Assembly: GCA_964016885.1 (NCBI GenBank)
Contig: CAXHJY010000838.1
Span: forward strand, 1 to 64,000
Direction of reading: 5' to 3'
Source: Eledone cirrhosa
Lineage: Eukaryota
DNA: 64,000 nt
The notes under the pieces were generated by a model. That model was not told the origin of the DNA and did no database searches. It saw only the letters and a list, made by a program, of their open reading frames with translations. This document shows, piece after piece, positions 1 to 12,369 of this stretch (positions are counted from its first letter, which is position 1; each line of letters begins with the position of its first letter). Both the position numbers and the translations under genes were made by a program.

Positions 1-1724
1 GTCATGCATTGGCACATTACTCAATTTTCCCAATATGATCCAACTAAAAAGTAGGCTTCAGTCTACTTTAAAGTTGAGTGGGTTTAAATCATGAAAATCA
101 GCCAGCCATAACATACCCACTCCCAATAATTCAAAGTAGATAGGTTTGCAAAGAAGTTTATATGTAAAAATATAAGCAGAAAGATATATGTAAAAATATA
201 CATGCATTTCAATAGTTAGGTGACATTTTCTTATGTTTCATTCATACACAACAGGGGAAATCATCATCATCATCATCATCATCAAATACAATAGAAAAAA
301 GAAAATGAATTAAGTTTCTTGGGGTGATGAAAATGTATGCTAACAAACATTGTTAACTCTTATCAACCTGTATCATGAAATTTCATTAGCAAGATATTCT
401 TGAGAAGTACAAAACAACACTTTGACTGCATCACATTAAAAATTAAAGTGTTTACTCTAATATTGCTAATTTTCACTATGACATTTCCTTTAGAGATGGT
501 ACTTTAAACATTCAAATTAATAAACCTATTTTTTTAGATAGTTTCTGCTACATCGTTACAGAATTTTAAGAGTTAATTATTGAAAAATATCTGAGGTGAA
601 AGAGTCAGACGACAGACTAACAATATAGAAATATATATATATAAAGTAAGATGAAATATAAGCATATCGAAACAACTGTAGTTGTGGTAGTTTGTGATGG
701 GACACAGATAACAGTGAGGTAACCATCTTACACCAGAACAAAGAAGAAAAAACAAACATTTAAAGGACATCCAGAATACATTGAGGCAAGAATTATTGAA
801 ATTACACATTATAATATTCTTGTTGTTAAGAGAGAAATCCTCTTGCCACAATGAACATTGAAGTGAAATGCCAAGGTAGACTTAAAAAATAATAATAAAT
901 AGGACATGAAGAAAATAAAAGGAAGAAGAGAATGAGGGGAAAAAGTAAAAGGTAGATTTGTGCAGTGAGAAAGGAAGTAGAGCAAATGAGATTCCTTAAT
1001 GGGTTAAGGAAAGAGGAAGACGGCTGTCAAGTATTTAGAACATCAAAGAAGAACAAACAAAGATGTCACAAAGAATAAAGTGTTTATGTGTTTGTGTGTA
1101 TATGTGTACAAGTGTTTGTGTGTACATGTGTTTATGTGTTTGTGTGTACATGTGTTTGTGTGTGTGTGTGTTCGTGTGTATGTGAACTGGTGCATATATA
1201 TGTATACAGCTGAGTTAATATGAATAAAAATGTAATGGAGAAACAGTGTAAAACAAGGAATATGAATGCCACAAGGTAAGTGAATCTGAGAGGGAGTTTG
1301 TAAACTTCAAAGTGAATAAAATAGAAAAGAAGAAAGTCTTATTATTAATACTGCAGTATCAAGCAGACTAAGAGCAACATTAATGAAACATTTCATGAAG
1401 CATGTCCTATAAAATACACCACCATATAGGACATTTCATCAAGCATGTCCTATAAACGACACCACAATATAGGACACATCAGCTGTTACAAAGACAACAA
1501 AATAATAATTCACAGAGAGAGAAAAAAGAGACAGAGAGGGAAGCAAAACAAAACAAAACAAAACAAAATAAAATAATAATGTCAAGGAAGGGAAGATGAA
1601 AATAGATAAAACATTGTGAATGGAGCAAAGAATTGAAGGTAAAGCAGGTTGAATAGAACTGAAGCAGACATAATAACTATAGATCTCATTAAGTATACAT
1701 TTTTTATAGTAACCATTCACTGTG

Positions 1725-2065
1725 GTTATGTTTGTGGCAGTTATGGTAGAGAGCTAAATATTATATCTAGTCAACTCTTCTAAGGTACTAGTACCTATTC
1801 CACTGATATTTCTCAAAGGTTTATAGCAACCATACATTGTAGTTAATGTTTGTGATATGTTATGATAGAGAGCTAAATATTATATTTAGTCCCCAACTCT
1901 TCTAAGGTACTAGTACCTATTCCACTGATATTTCTCAAAGGTTTATAGCAACCAAACACTAGTTCATGTTTGACAGTTATGGTAGAGAGCTAAATATGAT
2001 ATTTAGTCCTCAGCTCTTCTAAGGTACCAGTACCTATTCTACTGATATTTCTTAAAGGTTTATAA
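1725..2065. repeat. ~118-bp tandem repeat, 3 copies
   Basis: GTTATGRTAGAGAGCTAAATAT...CTCTTCTAAGGTACTAGTACCTATTCCACTGATATTTCTCAAAGGTTTATA recurs at ~1740, ~1859 and ~1976. Confidence 0.9.
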
Positions 2066-2163
2066 AATAAGTATCAGGTAATCAACTACACCAATAACCT
2101 AAAACCTCTAGCCTGGTAAGAAATTCTTATTGTTATCATTATAATAATTATTTCATTGCTGTA

Positions 2164-2372
2164 TTGGCAGAGTGTCAGACAACATAATTGTGGCATATAG
2201 GGACAGCCCTTTACATTCTGAGTTTAAATCGTGTCAAGGTTAGTTTTGACTTTCATCCTTACAGGGCTGAAATAAACCAGTAAAATAAAGTACCAGTAAT
2301 GCACAGGGATCGATTTGATCAACTTTCTCCTTCCTTTAAAATTGCTGGCCTTGTGCCAAATGTAGAAACAAT
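2164..2372 (+). mobile_element. tRNA-derived SINE (Meta-core-like family), diverged copy
   Basis: TGGCAG head, degenerate B box (GTTTAAATC), CTTTCATCCTT...AAAGTACCAGTAATGCAC core and TGCTGGCCTTGTGCCAAA..AGAAACAAT tail shared with many copies in the window. Confidence 0.75.
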
Positions 2373-3711
2373 TAATATCTATTACTCATTTATTTCAGGG
2401 AAATTCTAATAAGCCTCAAGACAAATGAATTTTTTTATATCTATTTCTAAACAGAACTGATATCATTGATGTGTGAAGGAAGTGAGATAGTTTATTTGTT
2501 TAATTTTGCCATCTCCCCTGAATTTGAAGATCATCAAAATTACAATAAGGATTACTGAATAAAATGTCACCATTTGAAACCATGCCATTGCTACACTGTT
2601 TCTTTCAACAACTCAAGCAAATCTTTAAATTTGAAAACCTGTCAAAGCCCCACCATAGTGAGAAAAACTGGTTTAAATGTAAGAAAAATAAGTCACTTAT
2701 TTTGTGATATTTCATGAACTGGATGGAATTAGTCCAATGCAGAGGAAACTATTAAAAAATAAATAATGTCAGAAAACATTGAAAAATGTTTACTTAGGTT
2801 TGATATGAGAAAACAGTCACTCAAAGAAGAAACATAGATGGAATGAACAACATGGAGTTGTAATCTTTATTCCAGTCTTTTAGTGAGAATATAAAAGCAT
2901 TAAGAAAGGAGTTTTGATGTGAAATAGGATTTGATTCATATTTATTAACACTAAGCTCCTTTAAAAATTCCTACAATATTCAATAAAAAAAAAAAACTAC
3001 AAATCTTCGCAGCCCTAATTTCTATATGCAGTTAAACAATGTTCAATCTGAATGAAAGAGACGGCATAGAAAGACTAGACACTGTACAGTATTGATTAGT
3101 TGATAATGGAACAATAACACATGTGAAAATCTACTGCAACAGCTCTCGGCAAATAATGATCAGACTTCAGTGGCAGAAAGTAATTCATTGTAGTCACTAA
3201 CAGACTTGCCTTGAGACAATTCAGCTGATCCAAGACCAACTTATTTACAAGGATTAATCTTTTTACAAGTGTATGCAATGATTTCATAGCAATTTCTAAA
3301 TATAGAAATGTTTTGTTTCATTTTGTTTGTTTTTTCTCCATTATTTCTATATATTAATTGTCTCTGAAAATTTGAAGCTGAAAACTATGTCAGATATTCT
3401 TAAACATTGAATTTGACATAGATTTTTAATTATTTTTCATTATAATTTTAACACAAGATATGGCTAGCTCTAAATGAATCATTCACAAAATTCATTAAGA
3501 CAGTAAAATACTAGAACAAATATTCCAAAGGGACTCACTAAAAATATAAGCCAGTGAGAATCTTGTGATGAATATAGCAGATTTCTTCCAGAGAAAGAGA
3601 CAAAGTGAGAGAGAGGAAATAAGAAAGAGATATAGAGGAAGATATCACCCCAGTACTAGACTGGTACTTTTACGAATACCATAAAGCATTCTAACGACAA
3701 TTTGCTGCCTA

Positions 3712-4100
3712 CATAGGTGTATGGCTGTGTAATTAAGGTGTTCGGTTTGTAACCATACGGTTATGGGATAAATCCTACCACATGGCACCTTGCTTGGGCA
3801 ATTGAGTTTAATTATAGCCTTGAGGAGTAGAGTAATGCCTTGTGAGTGGAATTTAGTTGGAGGAAACGGCGGAATCATGTCATATATATATGTCTGTGTG
3901 TGTGTGTATGTCTATGTTTACGTTTTGGTCTGAGTCTTTGTTTATGTCCCACAACTTAGTGGTTTGATAAAAAAAACATTAGATTGATAAAATACATGCC
4001 AGACTTTAAAAAAATAAGTACTGGGGTTGATATGATGGGGGAAAAAATGATGATAGTGTCTCAGCATGGCCTGAATCTAATGACTGAAACCAGTAAAAGA
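3712..4100 (+). mobile_element. Second tRNA-derived SINE family, diverged (partial relatives near 15300-15450 and 26060-26210)
   Basis: TGGCTGTGTAATTAAG head, GGCACCTTG..GGGCAA..GCCTTGTGAGTGGAATTT body, internal TG tract, GACTGAAACCAGTAAAAGA end; similar segments recur in the window. Confidence 0.6.
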
Positions 4101-4379
4101 ATTTTAAAAATATTGTAAAATAAAAGAAGACAACCAAAGGCAAGCTGTTGTGATACAATAATGTTTATATGCTTAAAAGTTGAAAATATAAAATAGTGGG
4201 AATCGTTTATGGCAAGTTAGATATCTACCTGTTGATGGTTGGATACTTATGTGTGGTGAGATAAACATCACATGATGGAATGAAGCAGCCAACACAAACA
4301 TTCTGGTATTAAGGAGTGAATGGTGAATGCAGTGACAAGCTGATGCAATGCAAGCAAGTTGTTGGATTCTGATATACAC

Positions 4380-4505
<126 letters not shown>

Positions 4506-4647
4506 TGATATTCCCCCTCCATACACATGCATGTATCTGTGTGTATATCATGACTCATACACATTATTCTATGTACTATACATGCACCTTTCATGACTTG
4601 TGTTGCACCTGAGCATTGTACACAATAATTTCATTATTATTTATATA

Positions 4648-4748
4648 CAGGGTGTCCCAAAAACATGTATACACACTTTGATTAGCTGTACAGACAATAT
4701 TTATTAGAATGCTGTTGAAGTGTGTATACATTTTTGGGGGACATCCTG
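4648..4748. mobile_element. Tc1/mariner-type MITE (~100 bp); relatives at 20447-20537 and ~34795-34862
   Basis: TA-CAGGGTGTCCCAAAAACATGTATACACACTT ... AAGTGTGTATACATTTTTGGGGGACATCCTG terminal inverted repeats in a TA context. Confidence 0.75.
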
Positions 4749-4749
4749 T

Positions 4750-4782
<33 letters not shown>

Positions 4783-4830
4783 ATTTATATTAAAAAAAGT
4801 GGGAGAAAACCTACACACTCAATCACATAC

Positions 4831-5028
4831 CACGACGATGCTGAAATGTTTATATAATAATGTCTAAAGCAACTCAACATATTTGCAGCATTGCCACAGG
4901 AGGTAGCATGGCTAAGGCACTGGAATAACCAAATACTCTTGCAGATATCACCTGATACATTGATAAGTGTCCCCAACAGCAACAGCGACAATAACATTAC
5001 TGTCAGCAACCTAGCTCTCGCCAAACAT
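4831..5028 (-). CDS. Candidate exon encoding a signal peptide plus Cys-rich segment (hypothetical secreted peptide)
   Basis: Non-repetitive 198 nt between TTTCCAG acceptor-like and GTATGT donor-like sites; only one minus-strand frame is open: CLARARLLTVMLLSLLLLGTLINVSG-DICKSIWLFQCLSHATSCGNAANMLSCFRHYYINISASS; no family recognised. Confidence 0.3.
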
Positions 5029-5524
5029 CTGGAAAGTCACATATTAAAGCCCACAGAACTTATTCAACTGCAGTCTACACACAAAACCAAGAAATGAATT
5101 TCAATATAATAAACTTTCAGCCACACCTATTCAAGTATGTAGACTGGATGGATGCATTAACACATATATCTTAGAGACAGAAGACTGTTAGTTATGGAAT
5201 GTGAACTACCAATCTCTTGCCTGATGCCTGATCAGACACTATTCTCACTCTTTCTCTATCTGTTTCTACTTGACCATCTGCACTCTCAAAATACATAAAT
5301 AAATAAAGTCAAAAGGTGTCAACCCCCCCCCCCCCCCCCCTCCCAACTACCGCTCCCCTCACCCCACACTAACTAACAGTCTCCAGTCACATTGTTGACT
5401 GTGAAAATTGACCTAAATTCCAGAATGTCTCTTAGCAAGGTTTGGAATGTTAGAACACAACAGAGAAAAGATATATAAGCACTGCAAAATGCAGTCAGCT
5501 GGAGCTTTAGAAGAACAATAGAAT

Positions 5525-5970
5525 AAAAGGAGAGAGAGGGGGGGGGGAGACTGAAAGGAGGCAGAGAGAGACAGAAAGAAGATAGAGAGAGGACAGAGAG
5601 AAAGAGAAACACAAAGGAGAGAAAGACAGAAATAAGGGGAGGGAGGGGGAGGAGAGACAGAAAGAGGGAGAGAGGGGGAGGAGAGACAGAAAGAGGGAGA
5701 GAGAGAGAGGGAAGGAAAGAGGGAGGGAGAGAGAGAGAGAGAGGGAAGGAAAGAGGGAGAGAGAGAGGGAAGGAAAGAGGGAGAGAGAGAGAGGGCAGGA
5801 AAGAGGCAGAAAACAAGAGAGAGAGAGAGAGAGAGAGAAAGACAAAAAGAGAGAAGCTTTGTCCTCATTCCAAACATTCAAATGATAAAGCCATAAAAGG
5901 TTAATAGAAATGATATTTAAAATTGAAAAAAAGAAAGAAAGAAACAAGGAGAGAAAGGAGAAAGAAAGAG

Positions 5971-6021
<51 letters not shown>

Positions 6022-6028
6022 AAAGAGA
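5525..6028. repeat. GA-rich and (AAAG)n low-complexity tracts
   Basis: Polypurine runs visible directly. Confidence 0.9.
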
Positions 6029-6119
6029 AACCCATTTTTGCAGGTTTTGAAGTTCTAGAAAGATGGATGTTACAGACAAGGAGATCAAATAGAAAAAAAT
6101 GGTTGATTGTGGCAACAAA

Positions 6120-6598
6120 TAGGTGTGTTAAAATGTGGAGTGATGGCACACACATATACATATATATATATATATATTATATATATATACATATACACAT
6201 ACACACGCATAGGTGTGTTAAAATGTAGAGTGATGACACACATACATATATATATACACACATACATATACACACGCTTAGGTGTGTAACAAAATGTGGA
6301 GTGGTGGCACACACACTCACACACATACAAACACACACACACACAAACATACATACATTCATACACGTGTAAAACAAGTAGAGTGGGGGCACATACAGAC
6401 ACATATATACACACACACACACATATATATACACAGAGACACATACACATGTATATATACACACATACATACATACACATATATATACACACATACATAC
6501 ACAGGCGTGTAAAAAGGTGGAGTTGTAGTGCACAAACACACATACATCCCCCCACATACACACAGAGATACATATATCCCCCCCACATACACACACAA

Positions 6599-6631
<33 letters not shown>

Positions 6632-6690
6632 GATACACATTTACATACATCCCCCCACATACACACACACAAATATATATATATTGGCAA
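6120..6690. repeat. Compound TA/CA microsatellite with a recurring AGGTGTGTTAAAATGTGGAGTGATGGCAC-like spacer
   Basis: Spacer recurs at ~6121, 6211, 6280, 6365 and 6503. Confidence 0.8.
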
Positions 6691-6924
6691 GCTATTTAGA
6701 ACACTGGTTTAACTGCTTTACTTCCCTCCGAAGAAGAGATATTATCTAAAAAATTAAGGACATTTAAATAAATCTAAGGTAAAAGACTAATTGTCAACAA
6801 TATCTTTTGCATTTGCATTCTTTATTCTATGTCCATACCTGCATTGTTTTGGTTTTATTATACATATACAAACGTTTATACCTCATTACATAATGCTTCA
6901 AGTGAACTATAACCTCCTCCTTTC

Positions 6925-6955
<31 letters not shown>

Positions 6956-7300
6956 CACACACACACACACACAGAAGCATATATACAGACATATGTTTTT
7001 GTTTATTTGAATTGTAACATCCAATGAAGGATCAAAGCCAAGTGAGAAATCAATGAATGATACTTCTATTGGAGTTAAAAATCGTCCTGTATCTCATCTG
7101 TATTTTGTCTAATCAATAAATATCACATTTGTTTTCAATGTGAAAAAGAAGAATAGGTCATGAGCAGAGAAAGTATTAAAAGAACTGAAATATTCAGTAG
7201 GAAAGCCCCACTAACAACTATGTATGTATATATATATATATATATATCATCATTATTTTATATCACCTTTCCCTTGCTTGAGAGGGAGAGAGACACGCAC

Positions 7301-7350
<50 letters not shown>

Positions 7351-7351
<1 letters not shown>

Positions 7352-7720
7352 ATGATATTAAATAAATGTAAACTATATTTATAAAACCATATTTATTTTA
7401 TTATATATATTTCAAGGGTACCAAGACAACATTGGTATGCTTTCATCAGATAAAATACATTTCCAACCGATAAGGTATGATTTTCTTGGGTATGTCTCTA
7501 TTTATAAAACAAACTTTGTATTTTATCTGATGAAAGCATACCAATGTTGTCTTGGTACCCTTGAAATATATATAATAAAATAAATATGGTTTTATAAATA
7601 TAGTTTCCATTTATTTAATATCATTGAATATTTACTCCAGTAATTTGTTGAGTGCTCTAAATCAGTAATAAACATTTATGTTTGTCGGACTTCCAACAAA
7701 TTAAATACCACTTCTACTTA
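7351..7720 (+). mobile_element. Fold-back element A (Penelope-like pseudo-LTR remnant): 109-bp inverted arms plus ~95-bp 3' tail
   Basis: Arms 7351-7459 and 7517-7625 are near-perfect reverse complements; flanked by TA/CA tracts; each arm carries a hammerhead motif. Confidence 0.7.
7519..7582 (+). ncRNA. Minimal type I hammerhead ribozyme motif (identical copy on the minus strand at ~7394-7457)
   Basis: Stem I TATTTTAT/ATAAAATA; core CTGATGA 7527-7533; stem II AAG-ca-TACCA/TGGTA-cc-CTT; GAAA 7563-7566; palindromic stem III A-TATATA-T; AUA cleavage triplet ending at 7574. Confidence 0.8.
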
Positions 7721-7728
7721 TATATATA

Positions 7729-8045
7729 TAGTTATGTAATAAACAACATAAGATAATTATTTCATTTACCAGTGGTTTCTTGAAAGCAACCAAAATTGCT
7801 TTCATTCATCAGAATCAAAATATCCTGGTGTCTTTATTGACAGTGGATTTGAAAAATGGTTTCTCAAATCCACTGTCAATAAAGACACCAGGATTTTTTC
7901 ATTCTGATGAATGAAAGTACTTTTGGTTGCTTTCAAGAAACCACTGGTAAATGAAATAATTATCTTATGTTGTTTATTACATAACTAATAAGCTCTGTAA
8001 TTTACATAGAGCACTCTTTTTTCCTGGACCTTTCCGACTTTATTC
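7729..8045 (+). mobile_element. Fold-back element B (Penelope-like pseudo-LTR remnant): ~128-bp inverted arms plus tail
   Basis: 7729-~7856 and ~7861-7987 are reverse complements with a few mismatches; unique tail to ~8045; TA flanks. Confidence 0.7.
7897..7956 (+). ncRNA. Minimal type I hammerhead ribozyme motif (slightly decayed mirror copy on the minus strand at ~7760-7820)
   Basis: Stem I TTTCATT/AATGAAA; CTGATGA 7904-7910; stem II TGAAAG../..CTTTCA with an A-A mismatch at the base; GAAA 7937-7940; stem III ACCA-c-TGGT; GUA triplet ending at 7949. Confidence 0.72.
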
Positions 8046-8167
8046 ATACATATATATGTATATAGGAAAGAAAAATACATATATTACATATTATACCATT
8101 ATAACATTAGCATATATAAATATATATTGTCAAACACACCATATATATATATATATATATATATATT

Positions 8168-8990
8168 CCGTTCTTTACTTTTACTTCGCACGATCTTTCA
8201 TGTAGCGTGTATAAGACTTTTTGTTTCGTGGCGGTACCCTTAGAGTTAGCACTAGTATTTTTTTGCGGGACCCTAAATTATATTCTCGTACTAGTTTACT
8301 TTCTTGCACTGGGTGGTTGCTGGCCCTGTGATTGGGGTAGAAGCCTTTATTATTTCGTGGCAGTCTCTTTAGTATTTTATTCTTCATTATATATATTTTT
8401 TAAAAAATTTATTTATCTATTCTTTTATTCACGTATTTGTTTATTTATTTATTTATTTATGTATTTCTTTAGCCTAGCAATAGCGAGAGACTTAAGTCTT
8501 AGTAACCAGATTTTGCTTTTTTTTTTTTTTCTCTCTCAGTACTGTTTATAGTTTTACTCTTCATTGTTCTACTTACCATTTCGAATTCCTCCCCCTCCCC
8601 CTCCCTAGTATCCATTTGATCTCACGCCCAGCTATAGCCGGTACGACCAACGCATGAATGGGTCTACTCCACCCCCTCTCCCTTTTTCTCCTACCTGCAG
8701 GTTTAGCTACCCCTTCCCCCACCAATTTGCCATCACCGATTTACTACTAACTTGTGATGTGACCAATCCTGGTGATTGTCTCTTTGACCATATATGGAAT
8801 TACCCCTTGATAAGCTCGGCTATTTAAATACCAGAATAAATTTTCATTCAGTCCAGAATTAGGCGTCGAAACGGCTTGAGCCCAGCCGTCGGGGTCTTAC
8901 TTGTTCCTATTACCCACTCTACTACCCTAAGTATTGAGTACTTTGGTGCATTATGGTCCACCTGGTCCCTTACCACATTTCCTTCGTTAT
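8168..8990 (+). mobile_element. Longer remnant of family C (Penelope-like) with a decayed hammerhead at 8802-8895
   Basis: CpG-containing block between TA tracts; ACCCC-TTGATAA...C-GAAA-CGGCT-loop-AGCCG-TC-GGGGT; 3' portion recurs at 16239-16343, 37308-37515 and 45014-45090. Confidence 0.55.
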
Positions 8991-9119
8991 ATATATATAT
9001 ATATATATATTATTTGTATACCCATTAAGCATATGCACAATACATATGTGTGTATATATATATATGCATACACACAAGTGTGCCTAATTGACTGTGTGTG
9101 TGTGTGTGTATATATATAT

Positions 9120-9445
9120 CATCATCATCACCGTTTTACGTCCGTTCTTCCACACTTGCATGGGTTAGACGGGTTGTCCTGTTGTGGGCAGTGTCTGGTC
9201 GGCTGACCATGACTTGCTCATACAGGAACTGATTTGGCTTGATTTCTACAGCTGGATGCCCTTCCTAACACCAACCTCATTTACAGTGAGTGCTGGGTGC
9301 TTTTTTCCGTGGCGCCTACACGTCTACTTTACAGTGTGGGCTGGGTGCTTTTTTGCCGTGGCACCTCCACGACCACCTTGCAGTGGGGGCTGTGGGGTCA
9401 TATTGTCTATATGCTTCAGCTTGTACCCATGGGAGGTCGGGTACT
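9120..9445 (-). mobile_element. RTE LINE 3' end, same young subfamily as 41332-43646
   Basis: Near-identical reverse complement of 43319-43646, including the (GAT)n tail. Confidence 0.92.
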
Positions 9446-9457
9446 CTATATATATAC

Positions 9458-9569
<112 letters not shown>

Positions 9570-9621
9570 ACATACATGTGCCTAATTGACTGTGTGTGTG
9601 TGTGTATATATATACACAAGT

Positions 9622-9690
9622 GGGACAATTCCTGTCTAAACCCATGCTAGCGTGGAAGATAGACGTTAAACGATGATGAAGATGATGATG
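9622..9690 (+). mobile_element. RTE LINE extreme 3'-end fragment
   Basis: CCCATGCTAGCGTGGAAGATAGACGTTAAACGATGATGA matches the LINE terminus. Confidence 0.8.
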
Positions 9691-9731
<41 letters not shown>

Positions 9732-9953
9732 GTCTGCTTGACTATGTGGGAGTATCAACAATGCAGATAATCACTGTGGGAGTATGCATGTGAATGTATG
9801 TATGTATAGCTAAATAAAATAATAAAATACAAAACCAAAAAAATAGTTTGCTAAGTGGGTGGGGAAATATGTCATTTTAACCTGGGCTAGTTTTCAGTAA
9901 ATAATAATAGGACAAAAAAATTTTTAGAGTGTGTGTATGTGCATATATACATA

Positions 9954-10006
<53 letters not shown>

Positions 10007-10117
10007 ATATGTAAATATATATTTATACCCCCCCCCCCCACACACACACACACTCTCAAGAGCGTGAAACTAATAAACTTTTGTTTGTACTGCCTCTGTT
10101 TTTGTTCCAGTTTTCAC

Positions 10118-10149
<32 letters not shown>

Positions 10150-10262
10150 ATATTTATATATACATATACATATGTGTGTGTGTATATCATCATCATCATC
10201 ATCATTTCATTTTACGTCCACTTTTCCCTGCTTGCAAGGGTGGGACAGTATATATAAATGTG

Positions 10263-10308
<46 letters not shown>

Positions 10309-10454
10309 GTGTGAATGTTTATATCTATATGTCTCGCTCTCTCTTTATATATATATATATACATAAATATAGGCATATGTTCTAGAGTTTACTATTGACC
10401 AGGGGTGTAATATCCAATAGGTTCGACAGATTACTTGGAAAATAACAATAAAAT

Positions 10455-10990
10455 TACAAACACCAGCACCACCACCATCACCACTACTACTACAAACACC
10501 AACACCACCACCAACAACACCACCACTAACAACAACACCACCACCACCAACTCTACCAACAACAACTACACCACCACTACTAACACTACCACCACCAACA
10601 CCACTACCAATACCAAACTCTACCAACAACAACACTACCACCACCAACACCACTACCAATACCAAACTCTACCAACAACAACACTACCATCACCAACACC
10701 ACTACCAAACTCTACCAACAACAACACTACCACCACCAACACCACTACCAATACCAAACTCTACCAACAACAACACTACTAACAACAACAACACTACCAC
10801 CACCAACACCACTACCAATACCACCAACTCTACCCACACCAACACCACCACCACTAACAACAACAACACTACCATCACCACCACCAACAATACCACCACC
10901 AACAACAACAACACTACAACCACCACCACCAACAGCAATACAACCACAACAACACTACCACCACCACCAACACCACTACCAACACCAGAC
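10455..10990. repeat. ACC/AAC/ACT trinucleotide tract with ~42-bp higher-order units
   Basis: ACCAATACCAAACTCTACCAACAACAACACTACC recurs several times. Confidence 0.85.
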
Positions 10991-11364
10991 AAAGAGACAG
11001 AAAGTGTGCAACTATGCATGACTAAATTAGTAAGGAGTGATGATATTGGGCAGTCAACTGTGATATACCATTGAACCCTACTACTTCTCTCTTTAAAAAG
11101 GAAAGGAAAAAATAACAAAAATGGACAAAAAAACAAAACAAACTGCTTAGACAATTATGATATGAAAGTTTTTTTATTATTTTTTTCATGTTTTACTTAT
11201 CAGACAACACGAAAATAGAGGAGTGGGGTAATGATATGTGGGGGCGGGGAGTGAAGGGAGAGTGAAGGGCCAGTCAAGGAGACGGGAGGGTGAGGGTGAA
11301 TGAAGGAAACGGGGAGGGTGAGGAGGTGAGTGAAGGAGACGGGGAGGGGGATGGTGACGATAGG

Positions 11365-11822
11365 ACACTGTGTGTGTGTGTGTTGGATTGCATGTTTTTT
11401 GTGTGAATGTATGTGTATGTGTGAGATTGCATGTTTTGTATGTGAATGTATGAATGTGTGTGTATGTGTATGTGAGATTGCATGTTTTGCATGTGAATGT
11501 TTGTGTGCGCGTGTGTGTGTTCATGTGTGTGTGAGATTGCATGTGTTTTGTATGTGAATGTGTTTATTTGGTGTGTGTGTGTGAGATTGCATGTGTTTTG
11601 TATATGAATGTGATTGTTTGTGTGTGTGTGTGTCTGTGTATATATGTGAGTGTGTGTATATATATATATGTGTGTGTGATTGCATGTGTTTTGTATGTAT
11701 AGAAATATATGTGTATATGTGTAGAAATGATTAGATATATATATGTGTGTGTGTGCATATGTGTGAGTGGTTGCGTGTGTTTTTGATTTCTTTTTGTATG
11801 TAAATAGATAAATAATAGTTTA

Positions 11823-11882
<60 letters not shown>

Positions 11883-11890
11883 TGTGTGCT
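11365..11890. repeat. TG-rich minisatellite (GAGATTGCATGT..TTTGTATGTGAATG units) and (TG)n
   Basis: Motif recurs ~7 times. Confidence 0.8.
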
Positions 11891-11929
11891 ATTCTTATTA
11901 GCATGTGTATGATTGTATATGTGTTTCTA

Positions 11930-12190
11930 AGGTAAATGGCTTAGTGGTTAGGGTGTTCAGCTCGTGACTACAAGACCTCAAGTTCGACTTTCAATGATAC
12001 ATTGTGTCCTTTATTTCCCATTGCTCCAGTTGGCAAAAAAAAAAAAATGATTTGTTGCTGTAATTCAAAAGGCCAGCCTTGTCACATGCTGAGAACTGTG
12101 TAAATAAGGTTACACATGTCTGTGGGATGCTCAGCCACTTGCATATTAATTTAATGAGCAAGCCGTACATCTGTTTGTACAACTGGAACA
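11930..12190 (+). mobile_element. tRNA-derived SINE, third family (minus-strand relative at ~25850-26030)
   Basis: TGGCTTAGTGGTTAG A box, GTTCGACT B-box-like, TGTAATTCAAAAGGCCAGCCTTGTCACA segment mirrored at ~25990-26015. Confidence 0.6.
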
Positions 12191-12221
12191 CTCACTGGAA
12201 CAGACAGAGATCTAACACATT

Positions 12222-12337
12222 AGGATGTGTGTATGTAGGTGTGTGTGTGTATATGTGTGTTTCTGTCTGTACTATAATGTGTGTGGATGTATGTGTGTGT
12301 GTGGGGGATGTATGTGGATGTATGTGCGTGTGTGGGA

Positions 12338-12369
<32 letters not shown>

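Noticed and set aside
10435-11154. Mucin-like Thr/Asn or Val/Gly ORFs
   Set aside because: Trinucleotide repeat tract with frame-shifting units and no splice context
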